Shown: positions 49,152-62,374 of the stretch, in pieces
How positions within the stretch are numbered: the first letter of the stretch is position 1
Layout of the letters: each line of letters begins with the position of its first letter
Source: Isurus oxyrinchus
Taxonomy: Eukaryota
DNA: 64,000 nt
Direction: 5' to 3'
NCBI GenBank assembly: GCA_026770705.1
Contig: JANJGN010000189.1
Location: 558,001-622,000, forward strand
Notes under the pieces: model-generated
Database searches by the model: none
What the model saw: the letters and a program-made list of their open reading frames with translations, nothing else
Told to the model about the DNA's origin: nothing
Made by a program: the position numbers and the translations under genes

Positions 49152-49358
49152 ATAAAAACAAAAAAACTGCGGATGCTGGAAATCCAAAACAAAAACAGAA
49201 TTACCTGGAAAAACTCAGCAGGTCTGGCAGCATCGGCGGAGAAGAAAAGAGTTGACGTTTCGAGTCCTCATGACCTCAGTTCTGTCGAAGGGTCATGAGG
49301 ACTCGAAACATCAACTCTTTTCTTCTCCCCCGAAGCTGCCAGACCTGTTGAGTTATTC
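49152..49358. mobile_element. Penelope-type palindromic element with hammerhead-like core
   Basis: About 64-bp inverted arms (49212-49275, 49291-49354); possible TSD ttagttgat/ttagctgat. Confidence 0.65.
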
Positions 49359-49629
49359 TTAGCTGATGCTCGCTATCAATAACCAAGAGAGACCTACATT
49401 AGAACAAGCTGATTATTTATTGTAACAGAGGGCAGAGCACTAAATCCTTGCATGCTCCCACAACCACCTCCAGCTCTAGACTTACAGTTAACCAGTGGCC
49501 CACACTGTCCAGTGATTGGTCAGTACTGTCACATGGTTTATCCACTTGTATTCTCTTAAAGGTACCTGGCACTCCACATTATCACAGGAGGCCTATAGTA
49601 CACACATAACAGCGTGTTTGCCTCCTCAG

Positions 49630-50035
49630 CACTGACCCTTCTACAGTGCAGCACTCCCTCATTACTGTCTCTCTAATAGTGTAATGATCCCTCAGTAGTG
49701 CTCCTCCAACATTGCACTGGTCAATCAGAACTGACGCTCTGACTGTGCAGTTTTACCTCAGCAGTAACCCTCCTACAGTGCAGTGCTCCCACAGTACTGT
49801 CCCTCCTACAGTGCAGCACTCCCTCAGGACTGACCCTCTGACAATGCAGCACTCCCTCAGTACTGAACCTCTGGCAGTGCAGCACTCCCTCAGTACTGAC
49901 TCTCTGACAGTGCAGCACTCCCTCAGTACTGACCCTCTGACAGTGCAGCACTCCCTCAGTACTGACTCTCTGACAGTGCAGCACTCCCTCAGTACTGACC
50001 CTCTGACAGTGCAGCACGCCCTCAATACTGAACTG
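49630..50035. repeat. 33-bp SINE-derived minisatellite
   Basis: Position equivalent to 24705-25295 in gene B. Confidence 0.9.
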
Positions 50036-50163
50036 AAGTGTCTGCCTGGATTACGGGCTATGTGGTGAAAGAACCTACATTGACATCACACCTTTCACAT
50101 TCTCAGTGTCTTTCAAAGTGCTTCACAGTCAGTCTAAGTTAACTGATCTGTATTTGTTTTTAG

Positions 50164-50445
50164 ATGCACCACGGAATCTCTCAATTACTTCTCCAGATAT
50201 GATTAACGCTTCATCAATCAGTATAATTGAGTGGAATTCTGCAGTGATAATCTGCTCTGTCGAGAGCTCCCCAGCTTCTAACCTGATGTGGCGACATCTT
50301 AATGTCCCAATGAACAGAACAAGTTCCAACAATGAGCTGTGGTTGGTGATTCCTCACGTTACATCCAGGGATACTGGAGAATATCAGTGTGTGGCAGAGA
50401 ATGAACATGGAGCAGTGGAGGGATTCATAACCATCACTGTGGAAT
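50164..50445 (+). CDS. Siglec-like gene C, Ig domain 3 exon
   Basis: 282 nt, phase 1/1; YAPRNL..AVIICSVESSPASNLMW..DTGEYQCVAENEHG. Confidence 0.9.
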
Positions 50446-52150
50446 GTGAGTTACACAGACTTTAATATTTCTCTCATCTCCGAACACATATACTCAGATG
50501 CTCTCCCACGCACACACACACACAAGCACTCACAAATGTACAAACCCAAAGTGCATGCACACACACAATCCCACACTCATGAGCACACAGAAAGACACAC
50601 TCACACACAAACACAGTAGTACACACTTCCCTGTGAGTTACCTGACCTCCCTCAGTACTGCACTGGAGAGTTCTCCTGGATTCTGGGATATGTGTTCCCA
50701 TTCATATTTATCGAAGAATATCCAAATTACAAAGTCTATTCCAGAAACTCACATGCACAAAGATTCCAACAGATACTCCCCACCTCTCCGTGTCTCTCTC
50801 TCCTCCTTTAAGAAGCTTCCTAATCCCGAACTCTTGCCTGCCCTAACTCCTCCTTATCATGCCCTGTGTCAAATTTTTTGTGTATCTGAGAGAAAGGGAG
50901 AGATAAGGAAGTTTAGGAAGGGATTTCCTGTTAGTGAAGAGCTTACTTCTTTTTCTCACCTTTCCAGTGTTCAGTTTTGCCATCATGTCCAATGACCCTG
51001 TTTATAATGGGGGCATCCTATGTAAACGTCACACTGTCTTTACATCCTCCCACCAGTGGTGGCACTGTGGTGCTTAAGCTTGCACCTCCCAGCTTTTCAG
51101 CCAACTTCACTTCACAATTTGCGACACATGCTGTAAGGTCATCAAAATTAACATATATCAAATGGTAGATTTGATAATACAGTTTATTGAAAGGTTCATC
51201 CGCGCTCTGGGAAGGGTTTACACTCTCCAGGAAGCAAAAATAGGCTGGATGTTGGAGAGTTCATCTTTTCCCAGAGAGTAGGGATCCTCGGGAATGTGCT
51301 GTCAGTGGGTGTGGTGGTTGCTGTCTCTCTGTTGCCTTCAAGAGGGATCTGGAGTGGTTACTAACTCGGGGAGAGATCATGGAAGCGGAGAATGGTACAG
51401 CACAGGAGGAGGCCATTCAGCCCATTGAGCCTGTGCCAGGTCTTTCAATGTTCTATCCAATCAGATCCACTAACCACCACACCACTTTGCCCCCATCTTC
51501 TTCCTTCAAGTGTTTATCCAATTTCCCTTTTGAAAGTTCCTATTGAATCTGCTTCCACTGCCCTTTCAGGCAGCACCTTCCAGATCACAACAACTCGCTC
51601 TGTCAAAACAAATTCTCCTCATCTCCCCCTCCGGTTCGTCAATCTGTGTCCCTCTGGTTACCGACCCTCCTGCCCCTTAAATACATCGATACTGTTCACC
51701 TCAACCACTCCCTGTGGGAGCGAGTTCCACATTCTCCCCTCTCTCTGGGTAAAGATTGGAACTGTTTATTAAGTGGGGCGTGTAAGTCCGTGGGGGAGTC
51801 CATCTCGATCCTGCCCGATTCGCACACGCGTCCGAGATGGATTTCCACCCTGCACTAAACGTTTCCAGAATTTTCTACAGCACAATCCTGTACACAGCGA
51901 TGGAGAGAAACATTGGACAGGGAGTCCAACAGCACAATGATCCATTCTCACCAATGTTCCACGCTAAGGGGAAAGTTCCGATTGTCCACTCTTAGAGTGT
52001 TTACAATGAAAACATTCATTCCACATTGAATCCCAGTGGATGGGTCAATATTACAGCAAATGTTGCAATGATATGAAGCTTGATTGTTCAGCCAGAGTGA
52101 GAGATTGAAAGCGGAGAGTCAGTGATGATTTCTTTCTGTGTGTTCTCTAG

Positions 52151-52323
52151 ACAGTGGAGGAGAGATCCTGATCCTGGGAATACGAGCTGTGATTTTCCTT
52201 GTGGCTGTGGTTATCACTATCTTCTGGAGTCTGTGTCTGGGAGAGACAAACAGTGAAAGGAAGTCGACAGACTGTTTGAAGCTTTGTACAGCAACAATCT
52301 GGTCAGTCAGTGCGGACAAATAA
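52151..52323 (+). CDS. Siglec-like gene C, TM plus short tail exon with intramembrane Arg
   Basis: Acceptor ttctctag, phase 1; YSGGEILILGIRAVIFLVAVVITIFWSLCLGETNSERKSTDCLKLCTATIWSVSADK-stop. Confidence 0.75.
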
Positions 52324-52404
52324 CGTGTGATGTTGGGTTAAGTTGTAATGAAACTGGTCAGTGTCCTGGTTAGAATCACCTTCGTATCAGAGAGGCATTC
52401 CAGC

Positions 52405-53005
52405 ACAGTAGGAGCACATTCAGCCCATTGAGTCCATGCTGTCTCTGTGTAGAGCAATCCACTCAGTCCCATTTCCCCCTCTCTATCCCCGTATCTCTGC
52501 AAGTTTATTTCCCCTCAAGTGTCCAACCAATTTCTGTTTGATATCGTTCATCGTCTCCACTTCCACCATCCTCGTAGGCAGCGAGTTCCAGCTCATTACC
52601 ACTTGCTGTGTAAAAAAGTTCCTCCTCACATCCCCCCTCTGCCCAAAACCTTCAATCTGTGTCCCCCAGTCCTTGTACCATCAGCTAATGGCAACAGCTT
52701 CTCTTTGTCTGCCTTATCTAAACCCATCATCATCTTGTACACCTCGATCAGATCCCCCCTCAATCTCCTTTCCTCCAAGGAGAACAACCCCAGCTTCTCC
52801 AACCCAACCTTGTAGCTAAAATCCCTCATCCCTGGACCCATTCTGCTCAATCTCCTCCCCACCCTCTCAAGGACCCTCACTTCCTTCCGAAAATGAGGAG
52901 ACCAGAACTGGACACAATACTCTAGTTGTCACCTAACCAGAGCTTTATAAATGTTCAGCATAACCTCCCTGTGTTTGTACTCAATCCCTCGATTTATGAA
53001 AAGCT
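52405..53005 (-). mobile_element. CR1 LINE 3' fragment
   Basis: LEKLGLFSLEERRLRGDLIEVYKMM. Confidence 0.9.
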
Positions 53006-53709
53006 TATTCTTTCCATCAGCACAAACAGCAATTTCCAAGCGGACTCCCATCAGCAGACAGAGTGCAATGAAACATCGGCATGCCTGCTTCTTAATGTAC
53101 GGAGAGAAACCTGGAACGAGAGATTCTCCTTCTTCTCCTCAGCAAGCTGAAACTTTTCCTTATACCTGGTGCTCCCCAGTCCTGCTGTGTGGACACATCA
53201 TAACCACGGCATTGTCTGGCTGTGTGCAGCCAACATGGTCGAATAGGAATGAACAGAAATGTGACGTTGCTAAACTCTGTTCTCTGATTGGAATGTGCTT
53301 TCTGAATGCTGCACCTTTTTCATGCTGCGATAGATTGTAAGAAGCATTTGGGTTATGAATAAAATTACATTGATTAACACAAGTGATTAAAATGCTCAGC
53401 CTGTTCTGTAGCTATTTATAGATTAAAATTCTTATTTTGCTGCCAAATTCTTGGCTCAAAGACATTACTTCATGTTGTCACGTTTTCCAATCAGATGAAT
53501 TCCTGTGCCCATCTTTATAATAGAAATTTCCAAAGTAAACATGTCACATTGCAGCTGCACACACTCCTGCCAGTGGGTGGTGCGATATGAAGGCTGCCTT
53601 GCTGCTCAGAAACAGCGAGAAATATTCCTGTTGTGTGCATGAACTTCATGTGTGCATGAGACACAGGCATCAAATGCAATTTTGTACAATTTGTACAATG
53701 TTCTTTAGA

Positions 53710-54055
53710 CAGCACAGCACTCCCTCTGTTCAAACCCTCCAACAGTGCAGCACTCCCTCAGTTCAAACCCTCCGACATTGCAGCTCTACCTCAGTTCAAA
53801 CCCTCCGACAGTGCAGCACTCCCTCAGTTCAAACCCTCCGACAGTGCAGCACTCCCTCAGTTCAAACCCTCTGACAGTGCAGCACTCCCTCAGTTCAAAC
53901 CCTCTGACAGTGCAGCACTCCCTAAGTACTGAACCTCCGACAGTGCAGCACTCCCTCGGTACTGAACCTCCGACAGTGCTGCACTCCCTCAGTTCAGACC
54001 CTCTGACAGTGCAGCACTCCCTCAGTACTGATCCTCCGACAGTGCTGCACTACCT
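53710..54055. repeat. 33-bp minisatellite
   Basis: cagtgcagcactccctcagttcaaaccctccga variant units. Confidence 0.9.
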
Positions 54056-54444
54056 CACTAATTAGCGACTGGAAGGTTTATGTTCATTTATCTTTATTTT
54101 CCATTCCTATTGAGCAATGGAGCTCCTGATTTGTCACCTTTCTGTACCTCGTCCAATGCTTCTTTTATCAGGACTTCCACATCGATGTGAAAGAGCCATG
54201 ATGATAGCAGACAGTCGCACAATGGGAATGGCACTAGGCCAGTGATCCAGAGGCCCAGGTGAATGCTTTGGAGGTAAGGGTTCAAATCCCACCACGGCAG
54301 CTGCAGGAATTTAGATTCGATTAATCAATAAATTTAATTGATTGATACATTTTTTTCTTATTCATTTCAGGGATGTTGGTGTTGCTGACTAGGCCAGTAT
54401 TTGTTGCCCATCCCCAATTGCCTTTGAGAACATATGGATATCTG

Positions 54445-55375
54445 AGTTAGGATCAGGAGTAGGTCACTCAGCCCCTCGAACCTGCTCCGCCATTCAGTAA
54501 GATCATGGCTGATCTGATTGTCACCTCAACCTCACATTCCTGTCTACCCCCAATGACCTTTCACCCCCTTGTTAATCAAGAATCTATCTAGCTCTGCCTT
54601 AAAAATATTCAAAGACCCTGTTTCCACTGCCTTTTGAGGCAGAGTGTTCCAAAGACTCACTACCCTCTGAGAGAAAACATTTCGCCTCATCTCTATCTTA
54701 AATGAGCGACCCCTTATTTTTAAACCATGACCGCCTAGTTCTAGATTCTCACACAAGAGGGAACATCCTCTCCATATCCACCCTGTCAAGACTCCCCTGG
54801 ATCTTAAAGGTTTTAATTAAGTCGCCTCTTACTCTTCTAAACTCCAGTGGATACAAGCCTAACCTGTCCAACCTGACCTCATAAGACAAACCACCCATTC
54901 CTGGTATTAGTCTAGTAAACCTTCTCTGAACTGCTTCTAATGCATTTACATCTTTCTTTAAGTAAGGTGACCTTACTGTACAGAGTACTCCAGATGTGGT
55001 CTCACCAGTGCCCTGTACAACTGAACGTAACCTCCCTACTTTTCTATTCAATTCCCCCACAGTAAATTATAACATCCCATTAGCTTTCCTCATGACCTGC
55101 TGTATCTGCAAACCAGCCTTTTGTGATTCATGCACGAGGACACCCAGATCCCTCTGCATCTCAGAGCTCTACCATCTCTCACCTTTTAGATAATAATCTT
55201 CCTTCTTGTTGTTTCTGACAAAATGAACAATTTCACATGCGCCCACATTATACACCATTTGTCAGATCTTTGCCCACTCACTTAACCTATCGATGTCACT
55301 TTCTAACCACCCTACATCCTCTTCACAATTTACTTTCCAACCTATCTTTGTGTCAGCAGCTCATTTAGCCGCCAT
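54445..55375 (-). mobile_element. CR1 LINE 3' fragment
   Basis: SPYLKKDVNALEAVQRRFTRLIPGM...RGDLIKTFKI. Confidence 0.9.
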
Positions 55376-55839
55376 TCCTGGGCAGTCCAGGTGCTTCTCC
55401 ACCGAGGTTCAAATGAGCACAGTTTATATATTTTTTACTCTCAGTTACAAGGTAATGGTATTAGTTAGACAAAGGCCACAGCACAATGATCCTCCGGTGG
55501 GCTGATAATTGTGTTCTTGTACAGTAATTACAGGGCAGAGACTGGCTATTGTCCTTTAGAGACAGCAAAGAATCTATGTTTGTTCGATACAAAAGGTTTC
55601 CGGAGGCTGACTGGATGTGGTTCAAGGTCATCGGACGGTGTGAAATAACCTTCCCCATTTCTTGATTAAGTCACCCTGTGTCCTTGTGTGTGTGTCTCCC
55701 ATTTCCTCATTGCAAATTTACAGCTGAGCCCTTTGTACAGGTTTTTAGCTTTCACGTAAGGATGTGATTGTCTGTGTACGCTTTGTCACCCTAGCTGCTG
55801 GTCCTGGCTGGCTCTTTAAAATAAATCCAAATTTTCTGC

Positions 55840-56930
55840 ACCTTCAATGAGATTCTCTCTTGTTGGAGCTGGTCATTGCCTGGCACTTATGTGGCATGAA
55901 TGTTACTTGTCACCTGTCAGCCCAAGCCTGGATGTTGTCCAGGTCTTGCTGCATTTGGACATAACTTGCTTCAGTATCTGAGGAGCCCTGAATGATGCTG
56001 AACATTGTGCAAACATCAGCAAACATCCCCACTTCTGACCTTATGATGGAAGGAAGGACATTGATGAAGCAGCTGAAGATGGTTGAGCCTAGGACACTAC
56101 CCTGAGCAACTCCTGCAGTGATGTCCTGGAACTGAGATGATTGACCCCCAACAATCACAACCATCGTCCTTTGTGCTGGGTATGACTCCAAACAGCAGAG
56201 AGTTTTCCCCCGATTCCCATTGACTCCAGTTTTGCTCGGGCTCCATGTTTTGCCACATTCAGTCAAATGCTGCCTTGATGTCAAGGACAGTCACTCTCAC
56301 CTCACCTCTGGAGTTCAGCTCATTTATGCATGTTTGAACCAAGGCTGTAATGAGGCCAGGAGCTGAATGATCCTGGTGGAACACAAACTGAGCGTCAGTG
56401 AGCAGGTTCTTGGTAAGCAGGTGCTGCTTGCAAGCGCTGTTGATGACCCCTTCCATCACTTTAGTAATGATCAAGAATAGACTGCTGGGGAATTGGCTGG
56501 GTTGGATTTGTCCTGCTTTTTGTGTACAGGACGTACCCCATAGCCGGGTAGTTGCCAGTGTTGCAGCTGTACTAGAAAATTCCAGAAAAGCTTGGCTAGG
56601 GGCGCAGCAAGTTCTGGAGCACAAGTCTTCAGTACTATTGCCAGAATATTTTCAGGGCCTGGAGCATTTGCAATATCCAGTGCCTTCAGCCCTTTCTTGA
56701 TATCACGTGGAATTAATCGAATTGGCTAAAGATTGGCATCTGTGATGCTGGGGACCTCCGGAGGAGGCCGAGATGGATCACCCACTCAGCACTTCTGGCT
56801 GAAGATTGTTGTGCATGCTTCAGTCTTGTCTTTTGCACCGATGTGCTGGGCTCCTCCATCATTGAGGATGGGGATATTTGTGGAGCCTCCTCCTCCAGTG
56901 AGTTGTTTAATTGTCCACGACTGGATGTGA
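55840..56930 (-). mobile_element. CR1/L2-group LINE RT fragment
   Basis: LDIKAAFD, AGVAQGSVLG, MFAD(V)CT. Confidence 0.9.
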
Positions 56931-58759
56931 CATCTGGAATGCGAAGCTAGTCTCAGTAATGGTGACCATGAAACTAAGGCCAATTGTTGCAAAAACCCAT
57001 CTGGGTCACTAATGCCCTTTGGGGAAGGAAACCTGCCGTCCTTACCCATTCTGGCCTACGTGTGACTCCTGACCCACAGCAATGTGGTTGACTCTTAACT
57101 GGCCCCTGAAATGGCCGAGCAAGCCACTGAGTTATATCAAAACCCGCCACAGACCAGTCAAACCAGGTGAACTGCAGCACTTCGAAAAGGCAGCTCAGCA
57201 CCCCCTTCTCAAGGGGTCAGTCAGGAACAGGTAACAAACGCTGTCCACATCCCGTGAAAGAATTTTGGTAAAAAGGTAGCCGTGTATCACCACCCACGCC
57301 CAGCGCCAACCCCCCCACCCCTACCTGATTGCACCAGTTTCAGATTACACCAGGTCAATGAACGGATAGAAACCCAAACCAATGAGATGAGCACAGAGAA
57401 GGATCAAGCCAGAGAGAGTTGGTGGGAAGAATTGGGAAAGCAACAAAAAAGGCAGAGCGGACACTAACACTATAACAAAGTAAAGACCAGAGGAGGAAGG
57501 AAGCAAGTGTGAAGAGGAATTGAGAGTAGAGCTGGTAGGCTGCTTGTCGAAGCCAAGGAACCTCCATTGGGCACATCCACAGTGCTGTTGGGGAGGGTGA
57601 TACATGATTTTGACCCAGGATCATCAAGTGTTGCACTTGCAGAGCCTTTAAAGTAAAGGAACCTTTACTACCCATGCACCCCCCCCGCCCTACAAAGCTG
57701 TTGACCTGCTGTACAGGCAACCTCCAGACAGTTGGCTACAGAGGCCATTGTAGCTGCTGAATATGACTTCCAGTTTCAAACCCTTCATGAATGCAAGGAT
57801 GGAGAATTCAGCAGGAATATTCCTGCACACCCTGTGGCAGATCCTGTAAATAAAAGGGACCTTCACTCACTCCCCAAAGCTGCTGACCTGCTGATTCACA
57901 TCTACAGGCAACCTCCAAATAGTCAACTAGAGAAGACAACGCAGCTGCTGAATGTGACTCCTAGTTTTAAACCCTTCACTCTGGAAAGAAGGAATCCAGT
58001 GCAATGGCCTCAGTATGATTCTTCACAGAAACTGATTTTAAATCTCATGTCTAAGTATTATTTTTCCTTTGCTTACATTTTAATCCCTGCACCTGATGGC
58101 TTTATCGCTTCACTTAAGTAACTTTCAGCAGGAGCCAGGTTCAAATTGAATGGACAAGCAGGCTTGGGGGGCCAAAAGGCCTACTCCTGCTTCTGTTTAT
58201 TTATGTTTGTGTTGTTATGTAGTGGAACTAGAGAGGTTATAGCAGTTATGAGAGCATTAAGCAAACAGCAGCAAGAATTGAACACCTACTTTGTGGTTTA
58301 TGAAAAGGTTTTCAACCTGGTCGACTGGTAAAATCTGTTGAAAGTGGGCTATCATGGCGTGTGGCCTTTGTGAGATATTTGTAACAAGGTTCTCGATGTC
58401 GGAACAGCTTGCATTGAACAAAGCTGATCTTTACCCAGAACTTCAGAGGAAGGAGGGACAATTGTTCCCTGGTGTGGGGGGCATGGTGGGGGGGGAGGGT
58501 GAGGGGGAGACAAGTAGCCTGAAATACCAAGCCAGACACTTTGTGAAGACAAAAGCTGTTTATTCATTTTTTTTCACAAATCATAATCTTTACAATTAAA
58601 GTCCCGACAAGATAATGGTGAATCATGAACACATTGTCGGGGTGAATCTGTGCCCGGGAGCATAAAGCAACAAAATCAGGAGCCCGCTTTACATCTCTCT
58701 GAATTTTAACTATCATTAACCCCAGTAACATCCATTCAAATGACTTAGTCATAAGATTC

Positions 58760-58913
58760 CTCACACATTCACTTGCACACTCACACACTCACACCCACAC
58801 AGACACACTGACACACTCACTCATTCACATTGACACACACTGACACAGTCACACACACCCACACAGACACACTGACACACTCACTCATTCACATTGACAC
58901 ACACTGACACAGT

Positions 58914-58946
<33 letters not shown>

Positions 58947-59095
58947 ACACAATCACACACATTCACATTGACACGCACTGACAGTCACACATACACACAC
59001 ACACACGCTGACACAATCACACACATTCACATTGACACACACATATTGACAGTCACACACACACGCTCATAAAGACAGACACAAACACAGTCACG
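58760..59095. repeat. CA-rich compound simple repeat
   Basis: (CA)n with cattcacattgacacac motifs. Confidence 0.9.
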
Positions 59096-59395
59096 TGAGG
59101 TGAATAGTGTCGATGTATTTAAGGGGAAGCTGGATAAACACACGAGGGAGAAATGAATAGAAGGATATGGTGATGGGGTGAGATGGAGAAGGGGTGGGCG
59201 GAGACTCGTGTGGAGCAGAAACTCCAGCATGGAACAGATGGGCCGAATGGCTTCTTTCCCTGCTGTAAAACGCAGGTAAAGTTTCAGTTGGAATTAATGA
59301 ACAGGGCCTGTGTGAAATAGATTGCTAAGCAGTAGATAAGGAGGGGAGAGGCTGTGGCATGGTGCAGGATGACCTTGCGTGAATGAGGCCAGGGT

Positions 59396-59512
59396 CTAAT
59401 ATCTACAGCAGAGACCACAAGTCTCATTTGGTTCTCTCCAATTACAGCAGTTACAGCAGAATCTGCAGAGCTGCTGTCTGCCCATTCTCTTCTGGCGCTG
59501 CAGCAAGGAGCC
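59396..59512 (-). CDS. HAMP: Hepcidin exon 3 (GSLLQRQKR/MGRQQLCRFCCNCCNWREPNETCGLCCRY-stop)
   Basis: Acceptor tcttcctgcttttccag, phase 0; furin site RQKR; 8-Cys pattern C-x2-CC-x-CC...CG-x-CC diagnostic of hepcidin. Confidence 0.95.
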   Translation of the reverse strand, partial: GSLLQRQKRMGRQQLCRFCCNCCNWREPNETCGLCCRY

Positions 59513-60488
59513 CTGGAAAAGCAGGAAGACAATAGGTGAGAACATTCCGGAAAGAAAGAAGGCATCATTTCAATCAGGCGTGTCATTGGAAGGAGGATGG
59601 CGCATTTCTCTAGCGCCTTTCCCCTCCTCAGGATGGCCCAAAGTGTTCCACAGCTGAAGGAAGGACTTTTTCTGAAGTGAGCTCACCGCTGTAATGTAGA
59701 AAACGCAGCAGGCAATTCACGCACAGCAAGATCCCACAAACAGAAATGTGATAATGGCCCCGATTTTCAGTTTTTTACCAATGTCAGTTGAGGGATAAAT
59801 GTTTGCCCCAGGAAAGCAGACATAACTCCACCCCATCCAGCCCCCACCACCCCCTCCACACATACCCCCCAACTCCTGACGCACTTCATCTAAATTGTGG
59901 CCATGGAATCCTCTACATCCATCTGAGAGGGCAGATGTTGTCTCAGTTTAACATCTCATCTGAAAGACAGCGCCTTCAACAGTGCAGCACCCCCTCAGTA
60001 CTGACCCTCCGACTGTGCAGCACTCCCTCAGTACTGACCGTCTGACAATGCATCACCCCCTCAGTACTGACCCTCCGACTGTGCAGTCCCCCGCCGGGAC
60101 TGACCCTCTGACAGTGCAGCACTCGAAGACTGACCGTCTGACAATGCAGCACCCCCTCAGTACTGACCCTCCGACTGTCATGCCCCCCCGCCGGTACTGA
60201 CCCTCCGACAGCTCGGTAATTTCTCAATTACGCCTGGTGGTCCTTTTAACTCAGAGCTGAGAGTTGCAGAGAATCGAGCAGACACCCTGAACTGACACTT
60301 GCAGTGCAAGTACTGGGAGCGCGCTGGTCATTATCATGCTGCTGTCTGTGGGATCTTACAGTGCGCCAATGGCTGATTCTTTTCCCACAGTACATCAGTG
60401 ACCTCACATGAAAGAAAAAAAGCACTTGATTGTCTGCGAAACAGTTTGGGACGTCCTAATGTGTTGGAAGGCGCTAGAGAAATGCAAG

Positions 60489-60637
60489 AGTTGACGTTTC
60501 GAGTCCTCATGACCCTTCTGAGGACTCGAAACGTCAACTCTTTTCTTCTCCGCCGATGCTGCCCGACCTGCTGAGTTTTTTCAGGTAATTCTGTTTTTGT
60601 TTTGGATTTCCAGCATCCGCAGTTTTCTTTGTTTTTA
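60489..60637. mobile_element. Penelope-type short insertion with 14-bp TSD in HAMP intron 2
   Basis: TAGAGAAATGCAAG at 60475-60488 and 60638-60651; single empty site in the paralog near 10596-10609. Confidence 0.85.
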
Positions 60638-61912
60638 TAGAGAAATGCAAGTCCTCTTTGTCTTTCACTCGATCCTCTAAGGTGTCTGTTGATTAACCAG
60701 CCTCTCGGTGTATGATGTAGGCCTGGTTATAAACAGTTAGAAGGATCAAATATCAAAAGTGCTTTGGCTGACAGTCAAACCGATTGTGCATTCGGAGAGA
60801 TTAGATATGGTCTGCGCACAATGACTCCAGTCTCTGGCACTGACTGCCGCCTGGGGTCTCCCTTCCACATAACACTCACAACTTGCATTTACACAGCGCC
60901 TCTGACATTGCAAAATGTCCCAGCCCACATTACCGGAGCGTAAATCAGACAGAAGTCTAACACTGAGTCACATATGGAGATATTAGGGATAGGTGACCAA
61001 AAGCTTGGTCAAAGATGTCAGTTTTTAAGGACCGTCTTAAAGGAGAGAGAGAGAGAGAGGCAGAGAGGTTAAGGGAGGGTATTCCAGAGCTCAGGGCCCC
61101 AGGCAGCTGAAGGCACGGCCACCAATGGTGGAGCGATGGGAATCAGGGGGACCCGGGAGATGCAGTAATGTCAGAGATTTTGGAGGAACATCGGGACCGG
61201 AGGAGGTGTTCTCCTGCTCCATATCTCTCTCTCTCTTCCTCTCTTCCACTCCTCCTCTCCCTGTCTCTCTCTCTCCTACTCTTCCGCTCAATTGCCCTCT
61301 CTTCCAATCTTTCTCTCCTCTCTCCCTTTTCCTGTCTCTCTCCCTCTCTCTCCCCTGTCTCCTTCTCCCACTCTGTATCTCTCCCTCTCTCTCACACTAT
61401 TTTTGTACCTTTCGCTCACTCTGTAACTCTCCCTTTCCTGTTAATTTCTCTCTCTTGGACAATCTCTCTTCTCTTTTCACTTTCCCTCACTCTGCATCTC
61501 TTCTTTAATTTCTCCCTCTGTCACTCTCTCCCACCTATGTTCTTTCCCTTTCACCCCTCCCCGTCCCACTCTCTGTCTCTCTCTTCCAATCCCTCCCTCC
61601 CCCATTCCATCCCTCTCTCCGACTCTCGACTCCCAGCCTCTCTTTAACCCACTCCCAGGCTGGATCAGTCTCCCTCTCACTATTCCCGGCGTGGGTTACA
61701 TTTAAAATTCCTGTGGGGATATGTTCACTTCCTTGGAATTGCCTCTTCCCAGCTTTGCAAAAAAAGGGGGGGCGGGGGGGTCTCGATTTCAAACATGCCT
61801 CCTGAGTATAACCGAGACAGACTGCCACTGAAATCAGCTTGAAATCAGAAAACTTTCTGTGGAAGAAACGAGCAGGGAGAAACCTTAAAATAAGGAATGA
61901 ATTTCCACCTAC

Positions 61913-61969
61913 CGTGTCCGGGGAATCCACAGATTTCTCAATCGTCGAAGAACCTAAAGCAGTGTCAAC
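61913..61969 (-). CDS. HAMP: Hepcidin exon 2 (VDTALGSSTIEKSVDSPDT)
   Basis: 57 nt, phase 0/0, canonical AG/GT, joins exons 1 and 3 in frame. Confidence 0.9.
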
Positions 61970-62374
61970 CTGCAAAAAGAAAGAATTTATCAGGGAGAAA
62001 GTGAGAGGAGGATTGAGGGAGAGGGAGAGAGAGAGAGAGAGAGGTACAGGAGAGAGAGGGGGAGGAGGACAGACTTGCATTTCTCTAACGCCTTTCACCA
62101 CATCCCAAAGCATTTCACAGCCACTGAAGGATGTTTTTGAAGTGCACTCACACTGTAGGAAATGTGGCAGCTGATTTGTGCACAGCAAGATCCCACAAAT
62201 AGCAATGTGATCATGGCCTAGATCATCTGTTTTTGGTGATGTTGGGTGAGGGATAAATATTGGTCCCAGGACACCGGGGAGAACTCCCCCCTGCTCTTCC
62301 TCCAAATAGTGGCTGTGGGATCTTTCACACCCGCCCGAGAGGGCAGACGGGGGACTCGGTTTAATGTCTCATTC

